Assembly (NCBI GenBank): GCA_973851085.1
Contig: OZ316775.1
Coordinates: 14,756,001 to 14,820,000 of the forward strand
Length of the DNA stretch: 64,000 nucleotides
Source: Ptychomitrium polyphyllum
Taxonomy: Eukaryota
Direction of reading: 5' to 3'
Below are positions 22,901 through 37,100 of this stretch, in pieces. The first letter of the stretch is position 1; every line of letters starts with the position of its first letter. Both the position numbers and the translations under genes were made by a program. The notes beneath the pieces were generated by a model. It made no database searches, was not told the origin of the DNA, and saw nothing but the letters and a program-made list of their open reading frames with translations.

Positions 22901-25800
22901 TGAGAAATCTAAAGTCATGGTCCTTTCATGATGAAAAAGTTAATGGATACAATATCCAAAGTCTAGCACTACATTGTTTCTAAAATTATAAAATGTGTAT
23001 AAATTTGCAAGAAGACCTTGTTTTTGAAATCAAATAATCATGTTTGTTTTTGTTTTGATGCCTTAGATTGGACTATCTAATACGTTGAATTTTGAGATAG
23101 AGTAAGGTCCAATATGCAATAGTCAAGAAGAACTAAAAGTTAATAACATATGTAATAATTGATAAATGTCAAAGTTTGCTAATAAATGAATCCTCAAATG
23201 TAGCATTTGTTCTTTAAAAAATAAAAATATGATAATGAGCATCTCATCAAATTCAATGTTTTCATGTGTTTTAAAAGTATGTTGATGTTAACACACATGT
23301 AGCAGCAAGGAGTTGTTTTTAATAATGTACCGTGAAAACATTCAAGAATAAATAAATACTTATATTGGAAATATAATTTATTTGAAAAAATATATTTATT
23401 GAAATATGAATTGAGGTTGTAGAAGTTTAATTTATATCATATTCATACACTAAAAGGTAGTCAACAAGGTATATAATAATATATATTTTTATTTTTTATT
23501 TTTATTAAAAAAAATCGGTGTAGAAGATTTTTCTTAAAAAAGTATTTTATGAAATTAAAAGAATAGGTTATTGTCAAAAACATGTTATTTTTTTCTTTGA
23601 AAAAATTTAAATTACCTTTCTTAACAATAATTTTAAAAAGGCTTTTCTTCAAAAGAATATATTTCTTTTGAATTGTTATTGTTGATCATCTATTATGTAG
23701 AAAACATCATCAATCTTTAAATGACATTTTAAAACTTATCAAGCAAACCTTATAACTCATCTTTGAAATGAAGAATGAAAACATATTAAATTTTTTTTAT
23801 TGAAATTTATATTGGATATACCACCTAACATTTCATTCTTTAATTCTTAATGTACATTGGATTAAAGACTGAAATGAATTAGACACTTTGCATTACTTTT
23901 TACAAATCCAAGGTTTTCACATAAATGATTTTGTTTTAAAACACAATATTTTTGCTCACAATTAATTCTTATATCAATAAAATAATAAAAAATATTGTTA
24001 TTTGGTATTTAATTCCTAAATAACCATTGTTCTCAAATGTGTTTTAGAAATTTGAAGGGTTCTTACAATATCAGTCTTGAATGCAACTTTTTGAAGTTTT
24101 TTAAAAGTTAAAAAATAGATTAGCATTGTGGAAATACATTTTTTCTTTCCATTAAAGAATAATTAATGTTCTTTTGAGTAGTTCTTTGCCTGTATTGAAT
24201 AATATTAATTTTTTTGCTATATCCTTAAAATTTTATATGCAAATAATTAATGTGATTTTCTCTGTTTTGTTAAAAACATAACTATTTGTTAGTGCAAAGA
24301 TTTCATTCCAATAGAAGTTAAAGTCTGTTAACTTTTTAAAACAGGGTGCAAACAAATTAACATCTTCTATTGCAATTTCAAATATAGATATTAAAGGTTT
24401 TATCAATATTTAAAAAAGGGGTAATAATATTTTTTTTAACATTTGGATTGAGATTGTATAAAAAAATTAGTTTATCAAAACATCAAAAAAAAAATTAAAT
24501 AACAAAAAATAACAAATAATAATAATAATAATAATTTCAATATTTTGGACTTTTTTCTATAACAAAGCTTTTTTTGAAAATGCTACATTCATATATTACA
24601 TTTAAATTTTGGTGCAAAAGTAAAAAATATAGTTATTTTTGTGATGATTAAAAAATTTTAATTTTGATAGTATAAAGATTCTTGATACTGATTCAAATCA
24701 TGATAATTCTATCTAAAAAAGTGTTAAATTTTTTTTTTAATTTAATTTTTTTGAAATACTATAACCTTTCAATACATGTAATTAACTTTATTAAAAAAAT
24801 TTCACATTCCTTTAAGGCATAACATTTCATTGTCACTAAAGACCCATAGCCACTAGCCACTAAAATACTAAAAACCACCATGTGTATTTGCAAATTAACT
24901 ACCAAATTATTGTCATTTATAATTTACGCTTATTAATTGGTAGTGATGGCTTGACATTAAATGCAATGGGATTTTGAAATTGTAATAATAGAATCAAGGT
25001 TAAACTTATATTATATTAAGAAAGAAAACATGTGGTAGATATAGGCTTGGTCCATGGTGATTATTAGATGGAATTTAGGTGAAAATGCATGCATTAAGTG
25101 GTGTTTATTAATTTTTTCTTGGATGGTTAATGGGCTAGACTACTAGTGATTTTTGAACCTTTGAACTTTGGAACCTTTGCAAAAGTAGCCTTTGAAAATT
25201 CATAGTTAATCAAAAAAAATTCAAATAAAATAAAATAAAATAAAATAGCATTAGACTTCAATATTAATTTTATATCTATCAAAAATTGTTAAAAACTTAT
25301 GTAAATTTTGCAAGAATAAACATTCTTTTTTGCGGTAATGATGGATTGTTTCATTTAAATAATCTAGTCAAAGATCTTACAATTGAAAACTAAAAATATC
25401 ACTTGTTTTTCTTCATGTTTTTTCTATGTACTAGAAATATTAATCCTTGAGTGTTTTTAATAAAAATGAGATTGGAAAATTTTAGAAAATATTACAATGG
25501 ATATTTTATAAAAAATTAAATTTTAATTGTAGATTATCAAAATTTCAATTTTAAGAGTGTTGGATTTTTTCAATCATATCAAGGATACATATAATAATCA
25601 ACAAATGGATATCTCATTTTAATACATATTAAAAAATGCTGTATAAATGATTTTTCATTTTTATTTAGATTTTGAAGTCATTAGTTTTTTTTTAAAAATG
25701 TCCTAAAATTCATCATTATGCACTTGATTATAATTGATAATTAACATAATTTGATTTTTAAAATTCATGCAACGTTCTTCTATGCTATTTGAAGTAAAAA
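17000..25800. other. Long very AT-rich intergenic spacer, probably decayed transposon-derived DNA
   Basis: Poly-A/T tracts, CpG scarcity and only short low-complexity ORFs; patches of higher complexity near 17.6-17.8, 20.4-21.0 and 22.3-22.95 kb. No recognisable TE domain, so TE origin is inference. Confidence 0.45.
20262..20357. repeat. 42-bp tandem repeat, about 2.3 copies
   Basis: TTTCAAAAGA(G/A)ACATG(A/G)TGGAACATTG(T/C)CAAAC begins at 20262 and 20304, with a partial third copy at 20346. Confidence 0.85.
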
Positions 25801-26906
25801 TGTGTACTTTAAATGTTTGTGCTATATTATTCATGTCGTAGGACCTCTACATGTATCAATACAAAATGTTTCACTTTGAGGAACGTGGTAGGGCCATAAA
25901 TAAATAGAAAAGTAGTAGACTCCAAATACAATGTTCACTGTAACTATGTCTACAATGACTTCGAAACTTCCTCCATGCAACTACAAACTCCCACCAGTTA
26001 ACCCATGCTTCAGTATCCTGCAAAAAATTCTGACACTGAGAATATCATACAATGTTCCCATGTAATGTAATGTAATCAATAATGCCCGAAAACATCAGAA
26101 GTACACCAGCCTAGAAATAGGCTCCTTGGTCCCTACCACCGTCCTTTAATGTCAGCCACGTCACCCGGCACGGACTCCTCCTGACTCGCTCCCCGAGAGA
26201 CTCGACCTCAATAAGCACTCCCTCACGCCTCCCGATTCCCGAAGATCCGCTGATAACCGGGCTCGAAATGAACTCAATTCGAGATCTGATAAGCGCACTT
26301 GCTGATATTCACAGTACACTCGGACAGTGATACGCGGCGACATGGTACAGTGCACAAGTGAAACAGCCCCACTCGCACCAGTGAACGATAAGCGCAGAGA
26401 TGCCCTCAACGGAGTACTGTACAGTGGCCGGCAGGAGGGTGGGTCGCACACGCCGTAGCAACCTGGTAGGTCAGCCAGGGCCAATCCGCCTGCACCCAAT
26501 AACCGTCACCACACTCAAACCCCTCACAGTCTCCCAACACCCCGATCGAGGCCAACACCCAACTTCAGCCCGTCACTGCCCCCTAGCCCGACCAGTTTTC
26601 CGTGCCGCTCCCAGAATTCAGACCCCCACACATGAGGGAAACCAACACGAAAAACGGTCTCTGCACCCAAACGACGACCGAATTTCTACCACGCGCGTTC
26701 AACTCACATGCAAAATTCTACAATCGGTGTAAGTAGTGACGGTTTCAGACACAAGAACGATCCGTCCCTGCTCACGGAACCGATGGTATGTACGCAGAGT
26801 TTAGACTCTAAGCATGGATTCTGGTAGATACTAGGGACGGTTTTGTGTATCGGCCACCCTGATTTTTGAGCGTCCAAACTTTTTGGGGTGGCACGGAAAA
26901 GTGGTC

Positions 26907-26928
26907 GGGCCTGGGTGCGGGAAGTGGG
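26907..26928 (+). other. Canonical G-quadruplex motif upstream of TOPLESS
   Basis: GGG CCT GGG TGC GGG AAGT GGG; overlaps a site II-like TGGGCC (26925-26930). Confidence 0.55.
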
Positions 26929-27584
26929 CCTCTCCAGGACGCCGTGCGGGTGGGGGTCGGTAGGTAGGACAGTAGGACGGTAGGTAGGTGCGGGAGGTAC
27001 GCGGAGCCGCGCGGGAGTAGAAAAGGCTGGGGTCTACTCACGCGCCGCCCCTTTTCTTTCTCTTGCTTCTTCGTTGCGGGTGTGCGAGCGAGCCCCTCCA
27101 TCGTTTGTTGCATCCCGCAGGTTATGGTTTGCTTCAGCCGTGCTCCACCACCACGTCGGCCACATCCTACACGCTGGCTGCTCGGGAAGCTATTCCGCGC
27201 ATTTTTTGGACCAGTTTGAGGATTTCTAGAGGGAGATCGATGTGAGGAGAGGCAGAGGCACAGTGCTGCTTGAAAAGCGCGTCCGGGTGAGCGCGCGCTG
27301 GGGTTAGGGTGCGTTGAGGACTCTGGGGTTAGGAGGACGCCCGGAGAGGTCGTGGGGAAGAGGCGAGAGGCACAGGAGTTGCGATTGAGCGATGGGAGGT
27401 TGAGTAGTAGCGTGCGGGGGTTAGGGCTTGCGGGTTTGGAGAACGGAGTTGTAGCTTGGGGCCACTTATTGGAGGAGTTGTGAGCAGCGGCGGAAGAGTT
27501 GATGTTGTAGGGAGTGAGAGTTTGTAGTCTGTTGCGGTGTGGTGCGGTGGAAACCGAGGACTGGGAGTCATTTGGGAGACGTTT

Positions 27585-27611
27585 GGGGAAGGGAACGGGG
27601 TTAGTGCGGGG
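27585..27611 (+). other. Canonical G-quadruplex motif in the presumed TOPLESS 5' leader
   Basis: GGGG AA GGG AAC GGGG TTAGTGC GGGG (loops 2/3/7). Confidence 0.55.
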
Positions 27612-28182
27612 TGGATGAAGAGGAGTTGACGGCTTTGAGGAGGAGTAGCGAAGGAGCTCAGGGACGGAGGTTGGTTGCATCGAGTGGATAAGGGAGAGTT
27701 CTTTGGGCGTCGGTTGATTCGCTTGTCGTTGCGGACAGTGGAGTGGGAGAGAGTGTTGGTGAGCGCCTGTGGTTGGTTTCTTGGTTGGATGAGCGCCCTG
27801 AACCAGTTGGCTTGAGCTTGCATTTGCGGCGCAGGTTGTAGGAGACATCCTGCGTGTCGGTTTTTTGGGGAAAAAGGTTTAGTTCGTTCCCGAGGGCTCA
27901 CTTTTGGATTCAAAAAATTCAGGCAGGTACGACTCTGCCGGCGCAGAGTAGGAGCTTCGGAGGTTCGGTAACTTAGCGGATAGGGCGAGGAGTTGGAGGA
28001 GCTGGGTGGAAGTTTGAGGAGTGGTTAGATAGCCTCGAGGAGGGGGAAACGGAGGACAGGTGCGACTGCCTTGGGGAAGGGAAGTGTCTCTATTGCTTCA
28101 GAGAAGAGTAGATAAATGAAGGTAATATTCTAGGAGCAGGCACATATTGTTGAGGAGCGTGGTAGCTGAGAAGCTCGAAACA

Positions 28183-31100
28183 ATGTCGTCCTTGAGTAGG
28201 GAGCTCGTGTTCCTCATCTTGCAGTTCCTTGACGAGGAGAAGTTCAAGGAAACAGTACACAAGTAAGTACCTCGTTCGAATCAATTTGTGCTTGACTAAA
28301 ACCAGGGCTTCTGCATTATCTCCTGGTACCCGCAGCTATGTAGCATCCAGATATGGTACTCTGCTTTGCTGTGTAATGAACAGGCGGAAATGTTCCATTC
28401 TTACGAAGTTGACGAATGGTGTCTTTATTAAGAATGTCTTTCAGCTCCTTAGCAATGTGCATACTACATTTTCACCCTTTCTATTTTATTCTGATGATAC
28501 ATTAGTTTTGCCGTGTTGGCAGTAGCCCTACTTTATAACTTAGGTTGGCATATCTGCTTCAGGGGTTTTGTTTTGGGGACAGAAATCAATCATTAACCCG
28601 GTTATATTCACCTGTTTCTGTCAGTTTAAATCCACTGTCTCGTAAATGCATTCTGAAAGTATGGGTGACATCAGAATGTAACTGAAATGATATGCGTTCC
28701 TGGAATGATATTGGTGGTGTTACACATACGTATGACAATTTGCTGGATGTGTCATTGTTCACTATACCATTTAATGAAATCTCATGAGCCAAAATTTGTC
28801 TGTGGGGTGCTTCTGTGCAGTGTATTACACCCTTCTGATTGTACTACTTTAAATGAGCTCCTTCTTAGTCTGCAATATGATCGGATGTTTTGAGTGTGTT
28901 GTCAGAAAGTAATTTCCACCGGCTTCAGTTGAGTCTAGACTAGAAAGCAGCACTTACATTCCAATTGTGACGCCTTTGACTCTCTCCGATTGTCGTCAAT
29001 AGTTGCACCTTGTACACATTGTAATACACAGAAGGTGTGAACCGGCGATGTAGTTGACTCTTATTTCTTGTCTGTTTTACTAGCACGTACTTTCCTCCCG
29101 TGTCTGGCTTCTTTCAGCTATAAACACTTGCTTAGAATGTCTCTCTGAGACACACATGCGAGAAGGCATCTCTTCTACTTTTTGGTATTGACAATGCTTG
29201 AGATGCACTGAATTTGCAGGTTGGAGCAGGAATCTGGATTCTTCTTTAACATGAAGTATTTTGAGGACCAAGTCCAAGGTGGCGAATGGGAGGAGGTGGA
29301 ACGATATTTATCCGGGTTTACTAAAGTGGACGACAATCGTTATTCAATGAAGATATTCTTTGAGATTCGGAAACAGAAGTACCTGGAAGCTCTGGACAAG
29401 TATGTATCACTTCATTTACACCTAATGTTGGATATTTTCTTTGGTTTGCATCAAAAAATACAGAAATCCATGTGGAGGCAAATTCTATTGATTAAGACGT
29501 TAAAGCGGAATGGAGGGTTTATTGAATTTGCTGTATTTAACAGCGACCGCTCTATGGACAGGATACGAATTGTTTTGGATGGTTGATGTAGGCTGTATCA
29601 TTGAAGCAAGCATAGGAATCCTTACTTACTGTACTCACTGAAGTACGTGTTCTTGTGCAGGCAAGACCGGGCAAGGGCTGTGGACATACTTGTGAAGGAT
29701 CTGAAGGTTTTCTCTTCTTTCAATGAGGAACTGTATAAGGAGATAACCCAGCTTCTCACCCTAGAGAACTTCAGGTTAGAATCTTTGCCTGCATACTACC
29801 GTTTTCAAATGGGGATCAAGTCTTACTGTTAACAGGGAGCATAGTGGGGATGACATGAGAAGATATGACTTGAGTCTCTGAGTTGGTACCGCTTTGTGCT
29901 TGGTTTTCGTTGCAGGGAAAACGAGCAGTTGTCAAAATACGGAGACACCAAGTCCGCTAGAAATATTATGCTTCTAGAACTTAAGAAGCTTATAGAAGCA
30001 AATCCTCTCTTCCGAGACAAGCTGGCGTTCCCATCGTTGAAAGCATCCCGCCTTCGCACGCTCATCAATCAAAGGTAGAAATTTAGCCTTTCTGCTTGTT
30101 GTGGTTTTTGAGTTTCACACTTTGCTGAGGTTTGGGTTTGTATGCAAGATTCGTGGGTTGTTGTATGAAACCTGTTCAGGTTTTAGTTTCCTTGAACCTA
30201 CCCGAATATTCCGTTAGTGTGTTTATGTGCTTGTGTGTTTCTTTGCAGTCTTAACTGGCAGCACCAGCTTTGTAAAAACCCAAGGCCGAATCCCGATATT
30301 AAGACACTCTTTATTGATCATACATGTGGGCCTCCTAATGGGGCTCGTGCCCCACCAACTACTAACCCCTTGGTGGGTGGTCTTCCGAAGCAGGGCACCT
30401 TTCCTCCTCTTGGTACTCACAGTGTAAGTGTGTAATTACTGTTGGTTACCACGTTGCATATAGTTGCATAATGCATTTCTAGGTGTTGGGGTTCGAGCTC
30501 GATTCATAATGAATAGATGTCTGGATAAGACATGTTCCTTAATTGGCGATTGAATTGTGGTGGCCTACAATAAGCTAGAGGTGTTGTGGAAGGTCAAGGC
30601 GATAATCTTTACTCGATTTTAAATAGGTTCAGCCGTTAAGTGTTGTGACCTTTTCACGTTGGAGCTGTTAGAGTTTTGGGGACATTTAGGTAAACCAATT
30701 AGTGGTTTATTTGTACGTCCATTCTCTTATCCGTGACTTTCTGTGGATTCAGCCATTCCAACCAGCACCGCCTTCTGCAAGTGCCTTAGCTGGATGGATG
30801 TCAAACCCCAATCCTCCAGCACCACATGTCCCAGTGGCCGCCAATGGACCAGCTCCTCTGACCGCTCCGCCCAATCCAGGTCTGTACCGCTTTATTTGAA
30901 GCCACTCTTTCATTTATCAAGTAGCTCAGCTTTTAAGAAAGATTGTGATATCGTTTGATTTGTTCAAAGTGTAGTGTACCATGTTGATAACCTGACTTGG
31001 GGATTATATTTTCAGCTACACTGTTGAAGCGGCCTCGCACGCCACCAAGCACTACGCCAACGTTAGATTATCAGTCGGCGGACTCGGAGCACCTTATGAA

Positions 31101-34100
31101 GAGAGCCAGGCCAGGCGTTCAACCAGTTGATGAGGTCAAGACAGTAAGCATCATGATGCATTTATCACTCTCGACAGCATTGGCACTTATACTCCGGCTT
31201 GTTAGCTGGCCTCTTTGCTTGGCCTCCTGGTGTACCAGAGGTGTCTAGCTGCTTGTGAACTATAATTCTTCAATACCTTTCTGACGCTGCGTGGCTGACA
31301 GGTGAACTATGCTGGTGGCCCGAGCCATCCACAAAACAATGCATCACCGGATGATTTGCCAAAGAATGTGGCTCGTTCCTTCAATCAAGGGTCGTGTGTC
31401 ATGAGTATGGATTTTCATCCAATCCAACAAACTGTCCTTCTTGGTACGTGTTTACATTCTCTAGTCAGTTATGGACTGCATGGTTGGAATTTTGATGAAG
31501 GCTAGAAATATCACGAAGTGACTTGGTGTAGTTGTTGGCCGTTTCTCGAAACCAATATAGAGCAGGACCGTATTAAGACTTATGGTGGTACTTAATCCCG
31601 AATATTGCATACAGTACTGCATTTGTACTCATTTCTGAAAGTCCTTTAAATGGTCATATGTGCAGTGGGTACAAATGTGGGAGATATTGGAATTTGGGAA
31701 GTGGGTTCACGCGAGAAGCTTGCGCAGCGAACGTTTAAAGTCTGGGACATTACTGTTGCATCAATGCCTATGCAGGTTGGTATTTTGCTCCTCGTGTGCT
31801 TTTTTGCTCGTGACTGCCAGTAAAGCTTATTTTTGGAATTTTTTATTCTTACTGAACATGTAAGCTGCAGCAGACATGGAGGTACATAGCTTTTTGATAT
31901 ACCAAATGCAGAGTAAGCCTGCCCGTTCTAAAGCGTGATTCATGTTCTTGGTAGACACACTGAGGTTCATTGCACGTTTTTGCAGTTTTTGGAAGTTGCG
32001 TTATTAAATGCTAATTGATTGGTTGTGACAGGCTGCATTGGTCAAAGACCCAGCTGTATCTGTTAATAGAGCTGTGTGGAATCCGGATGGCACATTATTG
32101 GGTGAATACAGTTGACACTGTCATGTGATTGCTGGTGTTGTATTCTACAGAAATTAGTTGTGATATCAAATATGACTATATGTATTGAGCATTGCGCATG
32201 TGCCTGTTACACAGTTTATTTGTCTAGAAGTTAATGCCTTGATGCTTCGGTTATAGATGTAATTTGCCTGGGCACTGGTATACCAGTACTACATGTGCTA
32301 ATAATTTTCTGTATTTTTGATAGGTGTGGCGTTTTCTAAACATATTGTGCACATTTATACTTACAATAGTGCCAATGATTTACGTCAGCATTTGGAGGTA
32401 CAATTCAACCTCTCCAGCCATTATGTAGCTTCTATGTATAACTATTTTTGCTTTTTCTGTTTTAGTTTGGAACAATTAGTAACTACGGCAGATAAGAGGT
32501 CTATCTGGTTTGGTAGGACCTCAGATTAACGCATTTTGTCAACTCGATTGATGTTTAAGGTTATTTCTTGTCTCATTTCTTTTGATCCTTTGATGTAAAT
32601 GTGGTGGTATATGTGGTGACAGATTGACGCACATGTTGGTGGTGTCAATGATTTGGCCTTCTCGCATCCTAATAAGCAATTATGTGTTATCACATGTGGG
32701 GATGACAAAACCATCAAGGTGCACTTATCTTTGCCATTTCTGGAACCAAGTAATTTCTTCTGTGCCAGAATGCATTTCGTAGTGTTTGAACTACAGTAAC
32801 AGGTGCCTTTCCTTATTTGTAAGGTGCTTCACAGTTATGACAAGTACTGGGGCTAGAGAATTTTTGTCTAGGTCTGACTTGGTTTATGTCTTGCATTTTG
32901 CAGGTTTGGGATGCTGCAACAGGGCGGAAGCAATACACTTTTGAAGGACATGAAGCACCTGTGTACTCAGTTTGTCCTCATCATAAGGAGAGTATTCAGG
33001 TGGGACTTTGTCTTAGATGTTATTACTTTCGGATTTAATTCTCTGTACAGTAATTTATGTGTAACTATCCATTTTTATAGGTGGTGACAGGAATCTTCGT
33101 TTTAGCTGCCCACACAGTTTTTGGATTTGAGTTTTAGCTTGCAGATGAGTAATTTAGCAGCTCGACTTCTAATGTTTTGAGGTTTGGGTTTGGGTGTTGT
33201 GCAAAGCCACTGACTTCGCTTGGATGGCGTGGATATGCAGTTTATATTCTCAACGGCTATTGATGGGAAGATCAAAGCCTGGTTATATGATCTCCTGGGA
33301 TCTAGAGTTGACTACGATGCGCCGGGTCATTGGTGCACTACAATGGCGTATAGTGCTGATGGTACTAGGTAAATACAGATTTGTGTAGTGTTTATCCTTT
33401 TGCATATGAATTACTCTCGAAGATCAGTGTGGCAGTGGAGATACTTTTTTTGCATTGCTTACCTGGTCGTACGATGGTATTTACAGCTGTTTTCCATGGA
33501 TGTCAGGCTCTTTTCCTGTGGAACAAGCAAAGACGGAGAGTCTTACTTGGTGGAGTGGAATGAGAGCGAGGGTGCTATCAAGCGTACCTACTCAGGTTTT
33601 CGTAAGCGGTCCTCAGGAGTTGTGCAATTTGATACCACACGCAATCGTTTCCTAGCTGCTGGTGACGAGTTCCAGATCAAGTTCTGGGACATGGATAACA
33701 CACACCTGCTAACCACGATTGATGCAGAGGGTGGTTTACCGGTGAGTGATGACTGAATTACATTTCTTGTATTTCGTTGAGTTTTTGTGAAATTTGTGGT
33801 TTACATAATCGAAATAGGCCTTATGTTTCCTTTCAAGGTACTTGAGGAAGGAAGGCAGGTTCTTTTTTCATTATTATTTAAAAGTTCATGCAAGTTAATA
33901 TTACATGTTGTATGATGAGCTGATATTTATTTCCTGATGTGCAGGCAAGTCCACGTCTGAGATTCAATAAAGAAGGTTCTCTGCTTGCTGTTACTGCCTC
34001 GGACAATGGCATTAAGATTTTGGCAAATCGCAATGGGATGCAGATGCTCCGCGGGCTGGAAGCCCGTGCTTATGATGCCACGAGAGTGCCTGCAGAGCCT

Positions 34101-37100
34101 GTTGTTTCCAAGGTTAGCTCAAACTTTGTTTACACTATTTTCGTCTCTTCCCTGAAAATTGACACTTGAGTGTTCTTGTTGACTTTTTATAATGAGAACC
34201 AATCGTTTATACTTTGTACAGACCTTTAAATTGAGTACACTTTGTACTCTGTTTACACAAGGCCTATAGAAGTGGTATTTTTAATAAGGTAATTGTGGAG
34301 TCTGATTTGAGGGTATTTCCTGCAAGCCGTATGAAAAACCAAACGATCAGCAAACATCTAGATAGTGTTTAAGCTAATTTGTCAAGTGAATATCTACTGC
34401 AGCCGCCAGTTGGAAATGCACTAGGGGTCGTTAACACTCCAGGTGGTGGCGGTGGGGATCGGCCCAATTCTTCGTCGATGGCGGGGACAGGAATGGATGG
34501 TCCAACCCTGAACATGGGGGGTTCAAGGGTCCGACCTCGAGACAGGGTCGGCAATGACCATGTAATTTTTCAAAACAACCACACAACATTCTGCCAACCA
34601 GTGGTTGTGGTCTTTGCAATATTGCAGCTGAATCTTTTTATGTAGGTCAAACAGTATCTGATAAGCCCTGTATTGGTCTTTGTGCAGTCTGGAATGGAAG
34701 GAGGTCGTACACCAGAGTCAAAACCAAGGATACCTGATGAAATCCCAGATCGAAGCAAGAGCTGGAATCTGACAGAAATCAATGAACAAAACCAATGCCG
34801 GTCCACAAGATTACCTGATACCTTGCCTCCAAATAAGGTCTGGTTTCTTTGTTGACATAGATGGTGAATGTGGAGTTTCTCACAATAGTCTTCTTGGTAG
34901 GCACCTGCTTGACTTCATGTTCAACGTGCCAACGATTTCTAATTGTTCAATCTGGATCAAGTTGATCATTAACAGACTGCATTATTGTGGTCATAGGTTG
35001 CAAGACTTATTTATACCAATGCCGGGGTTTCTCTATTAGCACTGGCATCAAATGCTGTGCATAAGCTTTGGAAATGGCAACGAAATGAGCGGAACCCCAG
35101 TGGAAAGGTGAGATGGGAAGCTCACACCGTTGGTTTATACAGTTTTAAGCACGACTTTTGATAGGGAGATAAGTCTGGCAAAACACTTTAACACAATTAT
35201 TTTTGAAATGGTAGTTTCATGTGCAATGGTTCTAGTGCCTGGTATTTTAATGTTGGCTCTTAATGGTTTTTGACGAGTCCGATAACTTGCAATTCTAATG
35301 CACATATTCATCTTCAATGATTTTGGCAGGCTACTGCGAGCGTTGCACCTGCATTGTGGCAGCCCGCTAGTGGTATTCTGATGACCAATGATATCAGTGA
35401 GACTAATCCTGAAGAAGCTGTACCCTGCATTGCACTTTCAAAGAACGACTCTTATGTGATGTCTGCTTCAGGAGGAAAAGTTTCTTTGTTCAACATGATG
35501 ACATTTAAGGTAAATACTGCGAAGTTTGGTAGCCTAATTCTATGAGAATTCTTCGACTAATCTTAGCTCATGGCATTGTTAACGAAAGTCTAATTTTTTT
35601 TGAAAGGTCTTATGCTCTCTAACCGGAACCTGTTCTGTTTGGTTACCCTGTATTACCAGCAATATGCAGAACTAAGATTTTCTGTGACGAGGCTTTGAAA
35701 TCACGGTTTGACATTTATGATTCAGGTCATGACAACGTTCATGCCACCACCGCCAGCAGCTACATTTCTGGCTTTTCACCCTCAAGACAATAATATAATT
35801 GCCATCGGAATGGAGGATTCGACAATCCAGATCTACAATGTTCGTGTGGATGAGGTGTGTTATCACGTCATGTCCTCTGTGTGGTCGATTACAGTTGTCT
35901 GCAATATTATTTCTGTTTCCTCGTTCTTCATTATCGATTATGGATTATGTGTGCTTCTAATATCGATTACGATATTCCGTACAGGTGAAGAGCAAGTTAA
36001 AGGGCCATCAGAAGAGAATCACAGGCTTGGCTTTCTCGAATTCCCTGAATGTGCTTGTATCATCAGGAGCGGATGCTCAGGTACATAATAGTTACGAATA
36101 GAAGGGAGGTTCTTGTTTGCACTGTTGCCAGTGTTTTTATGTGCAAAGCAAGCTGTGGTCCTGTTATGGGATGCAAATTTTTGTTCTGACACTTGGTTCT
36201 ATATGCAGTTGTGTATGTGGGGAACAGATGGTTGGGAGAAACGAAAGTCTAAGTTTGTTCAAGTTCAGCCTGGTGGGAGATCACCTTCCATGGGAGACAC
36301 CCGCGTTCAATTTCATAATGACCAAGTTCGTCTTCTTGTGGTCCATGAGTCGCAGTTGGCTGTGTATGATGCTTCAAAGCTGGATCGTATTCGCCAGGTC
36401 GGCGTTTTTTCCAATATCATCTAATTTGATTGTTTCACCCTTGAATCCATTAGGACTCTTTATGTCTAAATTTTACGTACGATGTTCTCTACGGAATGGA
36501 AGGTGTAGCTTGTGAAATTGTTTAAGAGTAGAACATTTGGGTGAGCACAATGAGTTGAACACCTTCTCACAAGCTGCTGGTGGGTTTCATGCAGTGGGTT
36601 CCTCAAAGTCCCTTTACCGCGGCGGTTTCAAACGCCACGTACTCATGTGACAGCCAGCTTGTTTACACATGCTTTGTTGATGGCTCCGTGGGTGTTTTTG
36701 ATGCTGAAAGCTTACGGCCACGGTGCCGGCTGGCTCCATCTGTACACATACCTCAGGAAGTGAGCGGGTATATAATCTGCACCGGTCTAAAATGTTTTAG
36801 CCTATTTATATTCAAACTGGGCACTTATCATATATTAGTTCATTTGTGAGTTTCTGGATAGGGATGAGCAGTATACAGGCCTTAATGGTTTTGATCTTAT
36901 TTCATTTTTTCTTTGTTTCTCAAGAGTGGCTGACTCGGAATACCTGATTTCTATGTGTGATGTTGCAGATCAACAGTGTACCCCTTGGTGATTGCTGCAC
37001 ATCCTGCAGAGCCAAACCAATTTGCATTGGGTTTGAGTGATGGAGGTGTTCAGGTTATAGAACCATTAGAGTCTGAAGGGAAATGGGGAACAGCACCCCC

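Noticed and set aside
26808..27913. Long minus-strand ORFs (346 aa and 194 aa) antisense to the TOPLESS leader
   Set aside because: P/S/T/L-rich with no domain; expected by-product of the strongly G-rich + strand, which depletes stops on the complement.
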